DNA of 64,000 bases from Escherichia coli. Its GTDB lineage: Bacteria; Pseudomonadota; Gammaproteobacteria; Enterobacterales; Enterobacteriaceae. The translations under genes were made by a program, and so were the position numbers. A model generated the notes under the pieces. The model was not told the origin of the DNA. It was given only the letters and a program-made list of their open reading frames with translations, and made no database searches. Shown here in pieces: positions 12,292 through 26,685 of the stretch. The stretch lies in NCBI RefSeq assembly GCF_045037415.1, contig NZ_CP173438.1. One strand, 5' to 3'. Every line of letters begins with the position of its first letter. Within the stretch, counting starts at the first letter, position 1.

Positions 12292-14096
12292 TGGAAGGTT
12301 CTGATTTTTTACTCGCAGGAGTGCTGTTTCTCTTCGCGGCGGTGGCTGCGGTGCCGCTGGCATCGCGGCTGGGTATTGGTGCAGTGTTGGGATATTTGCT
12401 GGCGGGGATTGCGATTGGCCCGTGGGGGCTGGGGTTTATTAGCGACGTCGATGAGATCCTCCACTTTTCGGAACTCGGCGTGGTATTCCTGATGTTTATC
12501 ATCGGCCTTGAGTTGAATCCCTCCAAGCTTTGGCAACTGCGGCGTTCGATTTTTGGCGTAGGCGCGGCACAGGTGCTGTTAAGCGCGGCGTTGCTGGCGG
12601 GATTATTGATGCTGACGGATTTCGCCTGGCAGGCGGCGGTGGTCGGTGGCATTGGCCTTGCGATGTCTTCAACCGCAATGGCATTGCAGTTGATGCGTGA
12701 AAAAGGGATGAATCGCAGCGAATCCGGCCAGTTAGGTTTCTCGGTACTGCTGTTTCAGGATCTGGCGGTGATCCCGGCACTGGCGTTAGTGCCGTTGTTG
12801 GCGGGTTCGGCAGACGAACATTTCGACTGGATGAAGATCGGCATGAAGGTGCTGGCGTTTGTCGGCATGCTGATTGGCGGGCGCTATTTACTGCGTCCGG
12901 TATTCCGTTTTATTGCAGCTTCTGGTGTGCGGGAAGTGTTCACCGCCGCGACGCTGCTGCTGGTGTTGGGTTCCGCATTGTTTATGGATGCGCTGGGGTT
13001 GTCGATGGCGCTCGGTACGTTTATTGCGGGTGTGCTACTGGCGGAAAGTGAATATCGCCATGAACTGGAAACGGCTATCGATCCCTTCAAAGGCTTGCTG
13101 CTCGGTTTGTTCTTTATCTCTGTCGGCATGTCACTCAACCTCGGGGTGCTTTATACCCATCTGTTGTGGGTAGTGATAAGTGTGGTTGTGCTGGTGGCGG
13201 TGAAAATTCTCGTGCTGTATCTGCTGGCGCGATTGTATGGCGTGCGTAGCTCAGAGCGGATGCAGTTTGCTGGCGTGTTGAGTCAGGGCGGTGAGTTTGC
13301 CTTTGTCCTCTTTTCTTCCGCTTCTTCACAACGCTTATTCCAGGGCGACCAGATGGCGCTGTTGCTGGTGACGGTGACGCTTTCCATGATGACCACGCCG
13401 CTGCTGATGAAGCTGGTAGATAAATGGCTATCCCGCCAGTTTAACGGACCGGAAGAAGAAGACGAAAAACCATGGGTCAACGATGATAAACCGCAGGTTA
13501 TTGTCGTGGGCTTTGGGCGTTTTGGTCAGGTGATTGGTCGTTTGCTGATGGCAAATAAAATGCGCATTACTGTACTGGAGCGGGATATCAGTGCCGTTAA
13601 CCTGATGCGCAAATATGGCTACAAAGTTTATTACGGCGACGCCACGCAGGTAGATCTTTTACGTTCTGCGGGTGCAGAGGCCGCTGAGTCTATCGTCATT
13701 ACCTGTAACGAGCCGGAAGACACTATGAAGCTGGTGGAAATATGCCAGCAGCACTTTCCGCATTTGCATATTCTTGCGCGAGCGCGCGGACGTGTGGAAG
13801 CGCATGAGTTATTACAGGCAGGGGTGACGCAGTTTTCCCGTGAAACATTCTCCAGTGCGTTAGAGCTGGGGCGCAAGACGCTGGTCACGCTTGGCATGCA
13901 TCCGCATCAGGCGCAGCGCGCGCAACTGCATTTTCGCCGCCTGGATATGCGAATGCTGCGGGAGTTAATCCCGATGCATGCTGATACCGTACAAATTTCT
14001 CGCGCCAGGGAAGCCCGACGCGAACTGGAAGAGATTTTCCAGCGTGAAATGCAACAAGAACGACGCCAGCTGGACGGCTGGGATGAATTTGAGTAG
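12291..14096 (+). CDS. kefB: Glutathione-regulated potassium-efflux system protein KefB
   Basis: 601-aa ORF with N-terminal CPA2 antiporter TM domain and C-terminal KTN/RCK domain ([17 protein letters not shown]). Confidence 0.95.
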   Translation: MEGSDFLLAGVLFLFAAVAAVPLASRLGIGAVLGYLLAGIAIGPWGLGFISDVDEILHFSELGVVFLMFIIGLELNPSKLWQLRRSIFGVGAAQVLLSAALLAGLLMLTDFAWQAAVVGGIGLAMSSTAMALQLMREKGMNRSESGQLGFSVLLFQDLAVIPALALVPLLAGSADEHFDWMKIGMKVLAFVGMLIGGRYLLRPVFRFIAASGVREVFTAATLLLVLGSALFMDALGLSMALGTFIAGVLLAESEYRHELETAIDPFKGLLLGLFFISVGMSLNLGVLYTHLLWVVISVVVLVAVKILVLYLLARLYGVRSSERMQFAGVLSQGGEFAFVLFSSASSQRLFQGDQMALLLVTVTLSMMTTPLLMKLVDKWLSRQFNGPEEEDEKPWVNDDKPQVIVVGFGRFGQVIGRLLMANKMRITVLERDISAVNLMRKYGYKVYYGDATQVDLLRSAGAEAAESIVITCNEPEDTMKLVEICQQHFPHLHILARARGRVEAHELLQAGVTQFSRETFSSALELGRKTLVTLGMHPHQAQRAQLHFRRLDMRMLRELIPMHADTVQISRAREARRELEEIFQREMQQERRQLDGWDEFE

Positions 14097-14105
14097 AGGG
14101 TAAAG

Positions 14106-14306
14106 ATGGCAATCCGAAAACGTTTTATTGCGGGCGCAAAATGCCCGGCCTGTCAGGCTCAGGATTCAATGGCGATGTGGCGCGAAAATAATATTGATAT
14201 CGTTGAATGTGTTAAGTGTGGACATCAGATGCGAGAAGCAGACAAAGAAGCCCGCGATCACGTTCGCAAAGATGAGCAAGTGATCGGGATTTTTCATCCG
14301 GACTAG
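14106..14306 (+). CDS. yheV: Small zinc-ribbon protein YheV
   Basis: 66-aa ORF with CPACQ...CVKCGH zinc-ribbon motif. Confidence 0.75.
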   Translation: MAIRKRFIAGAKCPACQAQDSMAMWRENNIDIVECVKCGHQMREADKEARDHVRKDEQVIGIFHPD

Positions 14307-14400
14307 CGATATGCGCCGAGTTTTTTTAAGCTAGTGAGTACACGGCTGCAGAATTCCGCTACAATCTGCGCCACTATTCTTCCCATGCTCAGGAGATATC

Positions 14401-14991
14401 ATGAAAGTAGCAAAAGACCTGGTGGTCAGCCTGGCCTATCAGGTACGTACAGAAGACGGTGTGTTGGTTGATGAGTCTCCGGTGAGTGCGCCGCTGGACT
14501 ACCTGCATGGTCACGGTTCCCTGATCTCTGGCCTGGAAACGGCGCTGGAAGGTCATGAAGTTGGCGACAAATTTGATGTCGCTGTTGGCGCGAATGACGC
14601 TTACGGTCAGTACGACGAAAACCTGGTGCAGCGCGTTCCTAAAGACGTATTTATGGGCGTTGATGAACTGCAGGTAGGTATGCGTTTCCTGGCTGAAACC
14701 GACCAGGGTCCGGTACCGGTTGAAATCACTGCGGTTGAAGACGATCACGTAGTGGTTGATGGTAACCACATGCTGGCTGGTCAGAACCTGAAATTCAACG
14801 TTGAAGTTGTGGCGATTCGCGAAGCGACCGAAGAAGAACTGGCTCATGGTCACGTTCACGGCGCGCACGATCACCACCACGATCACGACCACGACGGTTG
14901 CTGCGGTGGTCATGGCCACGATCACGGTCATGAACACGGTGGCGAAGGCTGCTGTGGCGGTAAAGGCAACGGCGGTTGCGGTTGCCACTAA
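14401..14991 (+). CDS. slyD: FKBP-type peptidyl-prolyl isomerase SlyD with His/Cys-rich metal-binding tail
   Basis: 196-aa ORF MKVAKDLVVSLAYQVRTEDGVLVDESP...; C-terminal HGHVHGAHDHHHDHDHDGCCGGHGHDHGHEHGGEGCCGGKGNGGCGCH. Confidence 0.95.
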   Translation: MKVAKDLVVSLAYQVRTEDGVLVDESPVSAPLDYLHGHGSLISGLETALEGHEVGDKFDVAVGANDAYGQYDENLVQRVPKDVFMGVDELQVGMRFLAETDQGPVPVEITAVEDDHVVVDGNHMLAGQNLKFNVEVVAIREATEEELAHGHVHGAHDHHHDHDHDGCCGGHGHDHGHEHGGEGCCGGKGNGGCGCH

Positions 14992-15007
14992 TACCGAAAA
15001 GGTGACA

Positions 15008-15034
15008 AAAAAGCGGGGAATTCCCGCTTTTTTT
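15008..15034. terminator. Bidirectional intrinsic terminator between convergent slyD and slyX
   Basis: Hairpin AAGCGGGGAATTCCCGCTT flanked by A-run upstream and T-run downstream (aaaaaagcggggaattcccgcttttttt). Confidence 0.6.
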
Positions 15035-15039
15035 ACGCC

Positions 15040-15258
15040 TCAATAATGTGGCGGAGGCGTTTCTTCAGCCTGCGACGCGATGTTCGACGGCTGGCTGGCT
15101 TTTAACTTCTCGGTCAGCAGACGCAGATGATCGCGCAGTTTCGCCATCTCCATTTCATGAGCGGTCACCGTGACGTTCAGTTCTTCAATGGTGATTTCCT
15201 GAAAAGCCAGTCGGCTCTCCAGCTCTGCCAGGCGTGCTTCCAATGATAAATCCTGCAT
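15040..15258 (-). CDS. slyX: Protein SlyX
   Basis: 72-aa [51 protein letters not shown]..., coiled-coil. Confidence 0.8.
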
Positions 15259-15338
15259 GATTCACCTCTTTTGTCGAATGGTCGCCGCGGATTCTACTTA
15301 ACTTTGCTGCCCGAGACAGCACTCATTTCGCGGTCATC

Positions 15339-15366
15339 GAAACTAATTTAAACAAAAAGAGTCTGA
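15339..15366 (+). promoter_or_regulatory. Candidate sigma-E (RpoE) promoter for fkpA (GAAACT-N17-TCTGA)
   Basis: Resembles sigma-E consensus GGAACTT / TCTGA about 115 bp upstream of fkpA; fkpA is a known sigma-E regulon member; exact site not verified. Confidence 0.35.
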
Positions 15367-15478
15367 AAATAGATGATAATAGGGCGTGTCTGTATGTAGA
15401 TTTGTTCGACAACGCTTTATAGTACCCTTCTGATAATAGTTAACCCTGGGGTGAGATGCCCCGATCCTGGAGATATGG

Positions 15479-16291
15479 ATGAAATCACTGTTTAAAGTAA
15501 CGCTGCTGGCGACCACAATGGCCGTTGCCCTGCATGCACCAATCACTTTTGCTGCTGAAGCTGCAAAACCTGCTACAACTGCTGACAGCAAAGCAGCGTT
15601 CAAAAATGACGATCAGAAATCAGCTTATGCACTGGGTGCTTCGCTGGGTCGTTACATGGAAAACTCTCTTAAAGAACAAGAAAAACTGGGCATCAAACTG
15701 GATAAAGATCAGCTGATCGCTGGTGTTCAGGATGCATTTGCTGATAAGAGCAAACTTTCCGACCAAGAGATCGAACAGACTCTGCAAGCATTCGAAGCTC
15801 GCGTGAAGTCTTCTGCTCAGGCGAAGATGGAAAAAGACGCGGCTGATAACGAAGCAAAAGGTAAAGAGTACCGCGAGAAATTTGCCAAAGAGAAAGGTGT
15901 GAAAACCTCTTCCACTGGTCTGGTTTATCAGGTAGTAGAAGCCGGTAAAGGCGAAGCACCGAAAGACAGCGATACTGTTGTAGTGAACTACAAAGGTACG
16001 CTGATCGACGGTAAAGAGTTCGACAACTCTTACACCCGTGGTGAACCGCTCTCTTTCCGTCTGGACGGTGTTATTCCGGGTTGGACAGAAGGTCTGAAGA
16101 ACATCAAGAAAGGCGGTAAGATCAAACTGGTTATTCCACCAGAACTGGCTTACGGCAAAGCGGGTGTTCCGGGGATCCCACCGAATTCTACCCTGGTGTT
16201 TGACGTAGAGCTGCTGGATGTGAAACCAGCGCCGAAGGCTGATGCAAAGCCGGAAGCTGATGCGAAAGCCGCAGACTCTGCTAAAAAATAA
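15479..16291 (+). CDS. fkpA: Periplasmic FKBP-type peptidyl-prolyl isomerase / chaperone FkpA
   Basis: 270-aa ORF with signal peptide MKSLFKVTLLATTMAVALHAPITFA and C-terminal FKBP domain. Confidence 0.95.
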   Translation: MKSLFKVTLLATTMAVALHAPITFAAEAAKPATTADSKAAFKNDDQKSAYALGASLGRYMENSLKEQEKLGIKLDKDQLIAGVQDAFADKSKLSDQEIEQTLQAFEARVKSSAQAKMEKDAADNEAKGKEYREKFAKEKGVKTSSTGLVYQVVEAGKGEAPKDSDTVVVNYKGTLIDGKEFDNSYTRGEPLSFRLDGVIPGWTEGLKNIKKGGKIKLVIPPELAYGKAGVPGIPPNSTLVFDVELLDVKPAPKADAKPEADAKAADSAKK

Positions 16292-16299
16292 GCATTAAG

Positions 16300-16330
16300 A
16301 ACCGCCGCCTGACCAGGCGGCGGTTTTTTT
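16300..16330 (+). terminator. Intrinsic terminator after fkpA
   Basis: 11-bp stem AACCGCCGCCT / AGGCGGCGGTT, 4-nt loop, followed by TTTTT. Confidence 0.6.
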
Positions 16331-16457
16331 ATTACAGGCCGGATATAATTAGTGCTGGAAAGCGGAACCTCCGCTGTATTAATTTAGTTACCCGCATCAT
16401 TAATGAGCCTGCCCTGAAAAGTTAACGACAGGCTCCTGAAAAGGAGTGTTTTTTTTC

Positions 16458-17565
<1,108 letters not shown>

Positions 17566-17566
<1 letters not shown>

Positions 17567-17925
17567 TGAAACGAATTGCGTTTGTTTTTTCTACTGCGCC
17601 TCATGGTACAACTGCAGGCCGGGAAGGTTTAGATGCTTTACTGGCAACTTCCGCATTAACTGACGATCTGGCCGTCTTCTTTATTGCTGATGGCGTTTTT
17701 CAGCTGCTGCCAGGACAAAAGCCCGATGCAGTGCTGGCGCGTGATTACATTGCCACTTTTAAATTGTTGGGTCTGTACGATATTGAACAGTGCTGGATTT
17801 GCGCGGCTTCACTGCGCGAACGTGGGTTAGATCCGCAGACACCCTTTGTGGTCGAAGCCACGCCGCTCGAAGCAGATGCCTTACGCCGCGAACTCGCCAA
17901 CTACGATGTTATTTTGAGGTTTTGA
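17566..17925 (+). CDS. tusC: Sulfurtransferase complex subunit TusC
   Basis: 119-aa [30 protein letters not shown]..., DsrF family. Confidence 0.9.
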
Positions 17926-17931
17926 GGCGTT

Positions 17932-18219
17932 ATGCTGCACACATTACATCGTTCACCCTGGCTGACGGACTTTGCTGCGCTGCTGCGTCTGCTCAGTGAA
18001 GGTGACGAACTGCTATTATTGCAAGATGGCGTAACTGCCGCAGTTGACGGCAACCGCTACCTTGAAAGTCTGCGTAATGCCCCCATTAAGGTCTATGCTC
18101 TGAACGAAGACCTTATTGCCCGCGGTTTGACTGGTCGAATTTCGAACGACATCATTCCCATTGACTATACTGATTTCGTCAGACTTACGGTTAAGCACTC
18201 CAGCCAGATGGCCTGGTGA
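17932..18219 (+). CDS. tusB: Sulfurtransferase complex subunit TusB
   Basis: 95-aa [33 protein letters not shown]..., DsrH family. Confidence 0.9.
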   Translation: MLHTLHRSPWLTDFAALLRLLSEGDELLLLQDGVTAAVDGNRYLESLRNAPIKVYALNEDLIARGLTGRISNDIIPIDYTDFVRLTVKHSSQMAW

Positions 18220-18241
18220 TGGCGGGATCGTTGTATATTTC

Positions 18242-19286
<1,045 letters not shown>

Positions 19287-19370
19287 TCCCTTCGGAGTTT
19301 TAGTCACCAGGCGGGCGCTTCCAGTAAGCAGCCCGCTTTGGGCTACTTAAATTGAACGCCTAAAAGATAA

Positions 19371-21497
<2,127 letters not shown>

Positions 21498-21510
21498 GCC
21501 TAAGGGTTAA

Positions 21511-22752
<1,242 letters not shown>

Positions 22753-22777
22753 TTACACGTTAATTAGTTTTGAATTG

Positions 22778-22803
22778 AAAAGGGCGCTTCGGCGCCCTTT
22801 TTG
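22778..22803 (+). terminator. Intrinsic terminator of str operon after tufA
   Basis: Stem AAGGGCGC / GCGCCCTT with TTCG tetraloop followed by TTTTT. Confidence 0.65.
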
Positions 22804-22850
22804 CATTTGTTGACTGCATATCTTATTCGTACTGTCAGAACGAATAACTT

Positions 22851-22896
22851 ATTCATATTTAAAATATCAATTCAATTTAATATTTTAAATATGAAT
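22851..22896. repeat. Perfect 17-bp inverted repeat (ATTCATATTTAAAATAT ... ATATTTTAAATATGAAT) with 12-bp spacer in chiA upstream region
   Basis: Arms at 22851-22867 and 22880-22896 are exact reverse complements; adjacent 8-bp hairpin TTATTCGT / ACGAATAA at 22823-22847; region is strongly AT-rich. Confidence 0.7.
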
Positions 22897-23043
22897 GTTT
22901 CTGTTTTAAAAATGCTTCATTTGTCAGGCTTTTTTCTTATTTTTAATGCCGCACTTTAATTCATATTGAAGGGTTCTCGTAAAACGTAAATAATTCCTGC
23001 GTAGGACTTTTGTTTTGCAGTTTTTACGTTACAAGGGATTATA

Positions 23044-25746
23044 ATGAAATTAAATATATTTACTAAATCTATGATTGGTATGGGGCTGGTGTGTTCCTCT
23101 CTGCCAGCATTGGCAATGGAAGCATGGAATAATCAACAAGGTGGTAATAAATATCAGGTTATTTTCGATGGCAAAATTTATGAAAATGCCTGGTGGGTTT
23201 CTTCTACAAATTGCCCGGGAAAAGCGAAAGCAAATGATGCAACTAACCCGTGGCGTTTAAAGCGTACCGCAACAGCTGCTGAAATTAGTCAGTTTGGCAA
23301 TACACTTTCCTGCGAAAAGAGCGGAAGCTCATCTTCTTCAACTTCAAATACGCCAGCATCTAATACGCCCGCTAATGGCGGTTCGGCTACACCAGCACAG
23401 GGCACTGTTCCGTCTAATTCTTCTGTAGTTGCCTGGAATAAACAGCAGGGCGGTCAAACCTGGTATGTCGTCTTTAATGGTGCGGTATATAAAAATGCCT
23501 GGTGGGTAGCCTCTTCTAACTGCCCGGGTGATGCGAAAGGCAATGATGCCAGCAACCCATGGCGTTATGTTCGTGCCGCTACGGCAACGGAAATCTCAGA
23601 AACCAGTAATCCACAGTCTTGTACTTCAGCACCACAGCCTGCACCGGATGTGAAACCGGCACCGGACGTTAAACCGGCCCCTGATGTTCAGCCAGCCCCA
23701 GCTGATAAGTCAAACGACAACTATGCTGTTGTAGCCTGGAAAGGTCAGGAAGGTTCTTCTACATGGTACGTTATCTACAACGGCAGCATTTATAAGAACG
23801 CCTGGTGGGTAGGCGCGGCAAATTGCCCAGGCGATGCGAAAGAAAACGATGCCAGCAACCCATGGCGTTATGTTCGCGCGGCAACGGCAACAGAAATCAC
23901 TCAGTATGGTAACCCAGGCTCCTGTTCCGTTAAGCCGGATAATAATGGCGGTGCTGTGACTCCGGTTGATCCAACTCCGGAAACACCGGAAACTCCAGTT
24001 ACTCCAACTCCGGATAACAACGAGCCATCAACACCAGCGGATAGCAGTAACGATTACTCACTGCAGGCGTGGAGTGGCCAGGAAGGCAGCGAAATTTACC
24101 ATGTTATCTTCAATGGTAATGTTTATCAGAATGCCTGGTGGGTTGGTTCTGAAGATTGCCCGCGTGGCACCAGTGTAGAAAACTCCAATAACCCATGGCG
24201 TCTCGTGCGTACAGCTACCGCTGCGGAAATGAGTCAGTACGGTAACCCGACTACCTGTGAAATTGATAATGGCGGCGTCATTATTGTGGATGGTTTCCAG
24301 GCCAGCAAAGCGTATAGCGCGAACAGCATCGTAGATTATAACGATGCACATTATAAAACCTCTGTCGATCAAGACGCATGGGGCTTTGTCCCCGGCGGCG
24401 ATAACCCGTGGAAGAAATACGAACCGGCGAAAGCATGGTCCGCTTCCACCGTGTACGTGAAAGGTGATCGCGTTGTTGTTGATGGGCAGGCTTATGAAGC
24501 GCTGTTCTGGACGCAAAGTGACAACCCTGCTCTGGTTGCGAACCAAAACGCCACCGGTAGCAATAGTCGCCCGTGGAAGCCGTTAGGTAAGACTCAGAGC
24601 TATAGCAACGAAGAGCTGAATAATGCGCCGCAGTTTAATCCAGAAACGCTTTATGCCAGTGATACGCTGATTCGCTTTAACGGTGAGAACTACATTTCTC
24701 AGAGTAAAGTGCAGAAAGTTTCTCCTTCTGACAGCAACCCGTGGCGTGTCTTTGTTGACTGGACCGGAACCAAAGAGCGCGTAGGTACGCCGAAGAAAGC
24801 GTGGCCGAAACACGTTTATGCACCGTATGTCGACTTTACGCTGAATACGATCCCGGATCTGGCTGCGCTGGCTAAGAATCATAACGTCAACCACTTCACG
24901 CTGGCGTTTGTGGTGAGTAAAGATGCGAACACCTGTCTGCCGACATGGGGGACCGCTTACGGTATGCAGAATTACGCTCAGTACAGCAAAATCAAAGCGC
25001 TGCGTGAGGCTGGCGGTGATGTGATGCTGTCTATCGGTGGTGCTAATAATGCCCCGCTGGCAGCTTCCTGTAAGAACGTTGACGATCTAATGCAGCATTA
25101 TTATGACATCGTTGATAACCTGAACCTCAGAGTCCTGGACTTCGATATCGAAGGCACCTGGGTTGCGGATCAGGCATCTATTGAACGTCGTAACCTTGCT
25201 GTGAAGAAAGTGCAGGATAAATGGAAGTCAGAAGGCAAAGATATTGCTATCTGGTATACCTTGCCAATTCTGCCGACAGGCCTGACGCCGGAAGGGATGA
25301 ATGTCCTGAGCGATGCCAAAGCGAAAGGTGTTGAGCTGGCGGGTGTGAACGTGATGACAATGGACTACGGTAACGCTATTTGTCAGTCTGCAAACACCGA
25401 AGGCCAAAACATCCACGGTAAGTGTGCAACGTCTGCGATTGCCAACCTGCATGCGCAGCTGAAAGGCCTCTATGGCAATAAGAGTGATGCAGAAATTGAC
25501 GCCATGATGGGTACCACGCCGATGGTTGGCGTGAACGACGTTCAGGGTGAGGTGTTCTATCTCTCTGATGCTCGTCTGGTCATGCAGGATGCGCAGAAGC
25601 GTAATCTCGGTATGGTTGGTATCTGGTCAATCGCGCGCGACCTGCCGGGCGGCACTAACCTGTCTCCGGAATTCCACGGTCTGACTAAAGAACAGGCTCC
25701 GAAGTACGCATTTAGCGAAATCTTCGCGCCGTTTACTAAGCAATAA
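23044..25746 (+). CDS. chiA: Periplasmic endochitinase ChiA (GH18 catalytic domain with N-terminal repeated carbohydrate-binding modules)
   Basis: 900-aa ORF; signal peptide MKLNIFTKSMIGMGLVCSSLPALA; four repeats of a ~60-aa module (AWNxQQGG...NAWWV...NCPG...NPWR); GH18-like C-terminal half. Confidence 0.9.
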   Translation: MKLNIFTKSMIGMGLVCSSLPALAMEAWNNQQGGNKYQVIFDGKIYENAWWVSSTNCPGKAKANDATNPWRLKRTATAAEISQFGNTLSCEKSGSSSSSTSNTPASNTPANGGSATPAQGTVPSNSSVVAWNKQQGGQTWYVVFNGAVYKNAWWVASSNCPGDAKGNDASNPWRYVRAATATEISETSNPQSCTSAPQPAPDVKPAPDVKPAPDVQPAPADKSNDNYAVVAWKGQEGSSTWYVIYNGSIYKNAWWVGAANCPGDAKENDASNPWRYVRAATATEITQYGNPGSCSVKPDNNGGAVTPVDPTPETPETPVTPTPDNNEPSTPADSSNDYSLQAWSGQEGSEIYHVIFNGNVYQNAWWVGSEDCPRGTSVENSNNPWRLVRTATAAEMSQYGNPTTCEIDNGGVIIVDGFQASKAYSANSIVDYNDAHYKTSVDQDAWGFVPGGDNPWKKYEPAKAWSASTVYVKGDRVVVDGQAYEALFWTQSDNPALVANQNATGSNSRPWKPLGKTQSYSNEELNNAPQFNPETLYASDTLIRFNGENYISQSKVQKVSPSDSNPWRVFVDWTGTKERVGTPKKAWPKHVYAPYVDFTLNTIPDLAALAKNHNVNHFTLAFVVSKDANTCLPTWGTAYGMQNYAQYSKIKALREAGGDVMLSIGGANNAPLAASCKNVDDLMQHYYDIVDNLNLRVLDFDIEGTWVADQASIERRNLAVKKVQDKWKSEGKDIAIWYTLPILPTGLTPEGMNVLSDAKAKGVELAGVNVMTMDYGNAICQSANTEGQNIHGKCATSAIANLHAQLKGLYGNKSDAEIDAMMGTTPMVGVNDVQGEVFYLSDARLVMQDAQKRNLGMVGIWSIARDLPGGTNLSPEFHGLTKEQAPKYAFSEIFAPFTKQ
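23641..23694 (+). repeat. Three tandem 18-bp coding repeats (PAPDVK linker) inside chiA
   Basis: GCACCGGATGTGAAACCG / GCACCGGACGTTAAACCG / GCCCCTGATGTTCAGCCA encode APDVKP-APDVKP-APDVQP. Confidence 0.7.
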
Positions 25747-25753
25747 ATGTGTT

Positions 25754-25784
25754 GGCGATACCTTCCGGTATCGCCGCATTTTTT
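25754..25784 (+). terminator. Intrinsic terminator after chiA
   Basis: Stem GGCGATACC / GGTATCGCC with TTCC loop followed by GCATTTTTT. Confidence 0.6.
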
Positions 25785-25914
25785 GTCAATGGGCTACTTT
25801 TGGTAGCCCATTATTTTTATTCATATTTCTATTCTTTGCTTAAAAAAGAGTCTTCCTGCAATTGAAATAAGAACTATTTTCATTTACTTTTGAAGAAAGT
25901 ATACGGGAGTCTCT

Positions 25915-26109
25915 ATGTACGTTTGTCTTTGTAATGGTATCAGCGATAAAAAAATTCGTCAGGCTGTGCGCCAGTTTTCCCCCCACTCGTTCCAGCAATT
26001 AAAAAAATTCATTCCGGTCGGCAATCAGTGCGGTAAATGTGTCCGGGCCGCGCGTGAAGTGATGGAGGATGAATTAATGCAACTGCCGGAGTTTAAGGAG
26101 TCCGCATAA
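25915..26109 (+). CDS. bfd: Bacterioferritin-associated ferredoxin
   Basis: 64-aa ORF MYVCLCNGISDKKIRQAVRQF... with [2Fe-2S] Cys pattern CxC...CGKC. Confidence 0.85.
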   Translation: MYVCLCNGISDKKIRQAVRQFSPHSFQQLKKFIPVGNQCGKCVRAAREVMEDELMQLPEFKESA

Positions 26110-26180
26110 ACGGAGTGTGTTTTTTGACTTACTCGTAAGCCGTTCTACGCTTCAAAGAGTGGAAGCGAAGGAGTCAAAAA

Positions 26181-26657
26181 ATGAAAGGTGATACTAAAGT
26201 TATAAATTATCTCAACAAACTGTTGGGAAATGAGCTTGTCGCAATCAATCAGTACTTTCTTCATGCCCGGATGTTTAAAAACTGGGGTCTCAAACGTCTC
26301 AATGATGTGGAGTATCATGAATCCATTGATGAGATGAAACACGCCGATCGTTATATAGAGCGCATTCTTTTTCTGGAAGGTCTTCCAAACTTACAGGACC
26401 TGGGCAAACTGAACATTGGTGAAGATGTTGAGGAAATGCTGCGTTCTGATCTGGCACTTGAGCTGGATGGCGCGAAGAATTTGCGTGAGGCAATTGGTTA
26501 TGCCGATAGCGTTCATGATTACGTCAGCCGCGATATGATGATAGAAATTTTGCGCGATGAAGAAGGCCATATCGACTGGCTGGAAACGGAACTTGATCTG
26601 ATTCAGAAGATGGGACTGCAAAATTATCTGCAAGCACAGATTCGCGAAGAAGGTTGA
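26181..26657 (+). CDS. bfr: Bacterioferritin
   Basis: 158-aa [40 protein letters not shown]...; ferritin-like four-helix bundle. Confidence 0.95.
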
Positions 26658-26664
26658 GCCGTGT

Positions 26665-26684
26665 CGGGAGGGAGAACCCTCCCG
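26665..26684. terminator. Hairpin between convergent bfr and gspO (CGGGAGGG-AGAA-CCCTCCCG); possible terminator
   Basis: 8-bp GC-rich perfect stem with 4-nt loop in the 28-bp convergent gap; no clear U-tract. Confidence 0.35.
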
Positions 26685-26685
26685 G

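Noticed and set aside
12178..13480. Several minus-strand ORFs (e.g. 12191-12652, 12884-13138) inside kefB
   Set aside because: Antisense shadows in a GC-rich membrane-protein gene; Pro/Ser/Ala/Arg-rich translations without motifs.
14389..14988. 199-aa minus-strand ORF overlapping slyD (MATATAVAFTATAAFATV...)
   Set aside because: Antisense shadow of slyD; low-complexity A/T/V-rich translation produced by the repetitive His/Gly codon tract on the sense strand.
23641..23694. Tandem 18-bp repeats considered as a possible CRISPR or minisatellite locus
   Set aside because: Only three imperfect units, no spacers, and they lie in-frame inside chiA encoding a Pro-rich linker (APDVKP); not a CRISPR array.
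25787..25914. Fur box upstream of bfd (gaaataagaactattttc region)
   Set aside because: Only a loose resemblance to the GATAATGATAATCATTATC consensus; a Fur site is expected here biologically, but I could not place it confidently without a scoring matrix.
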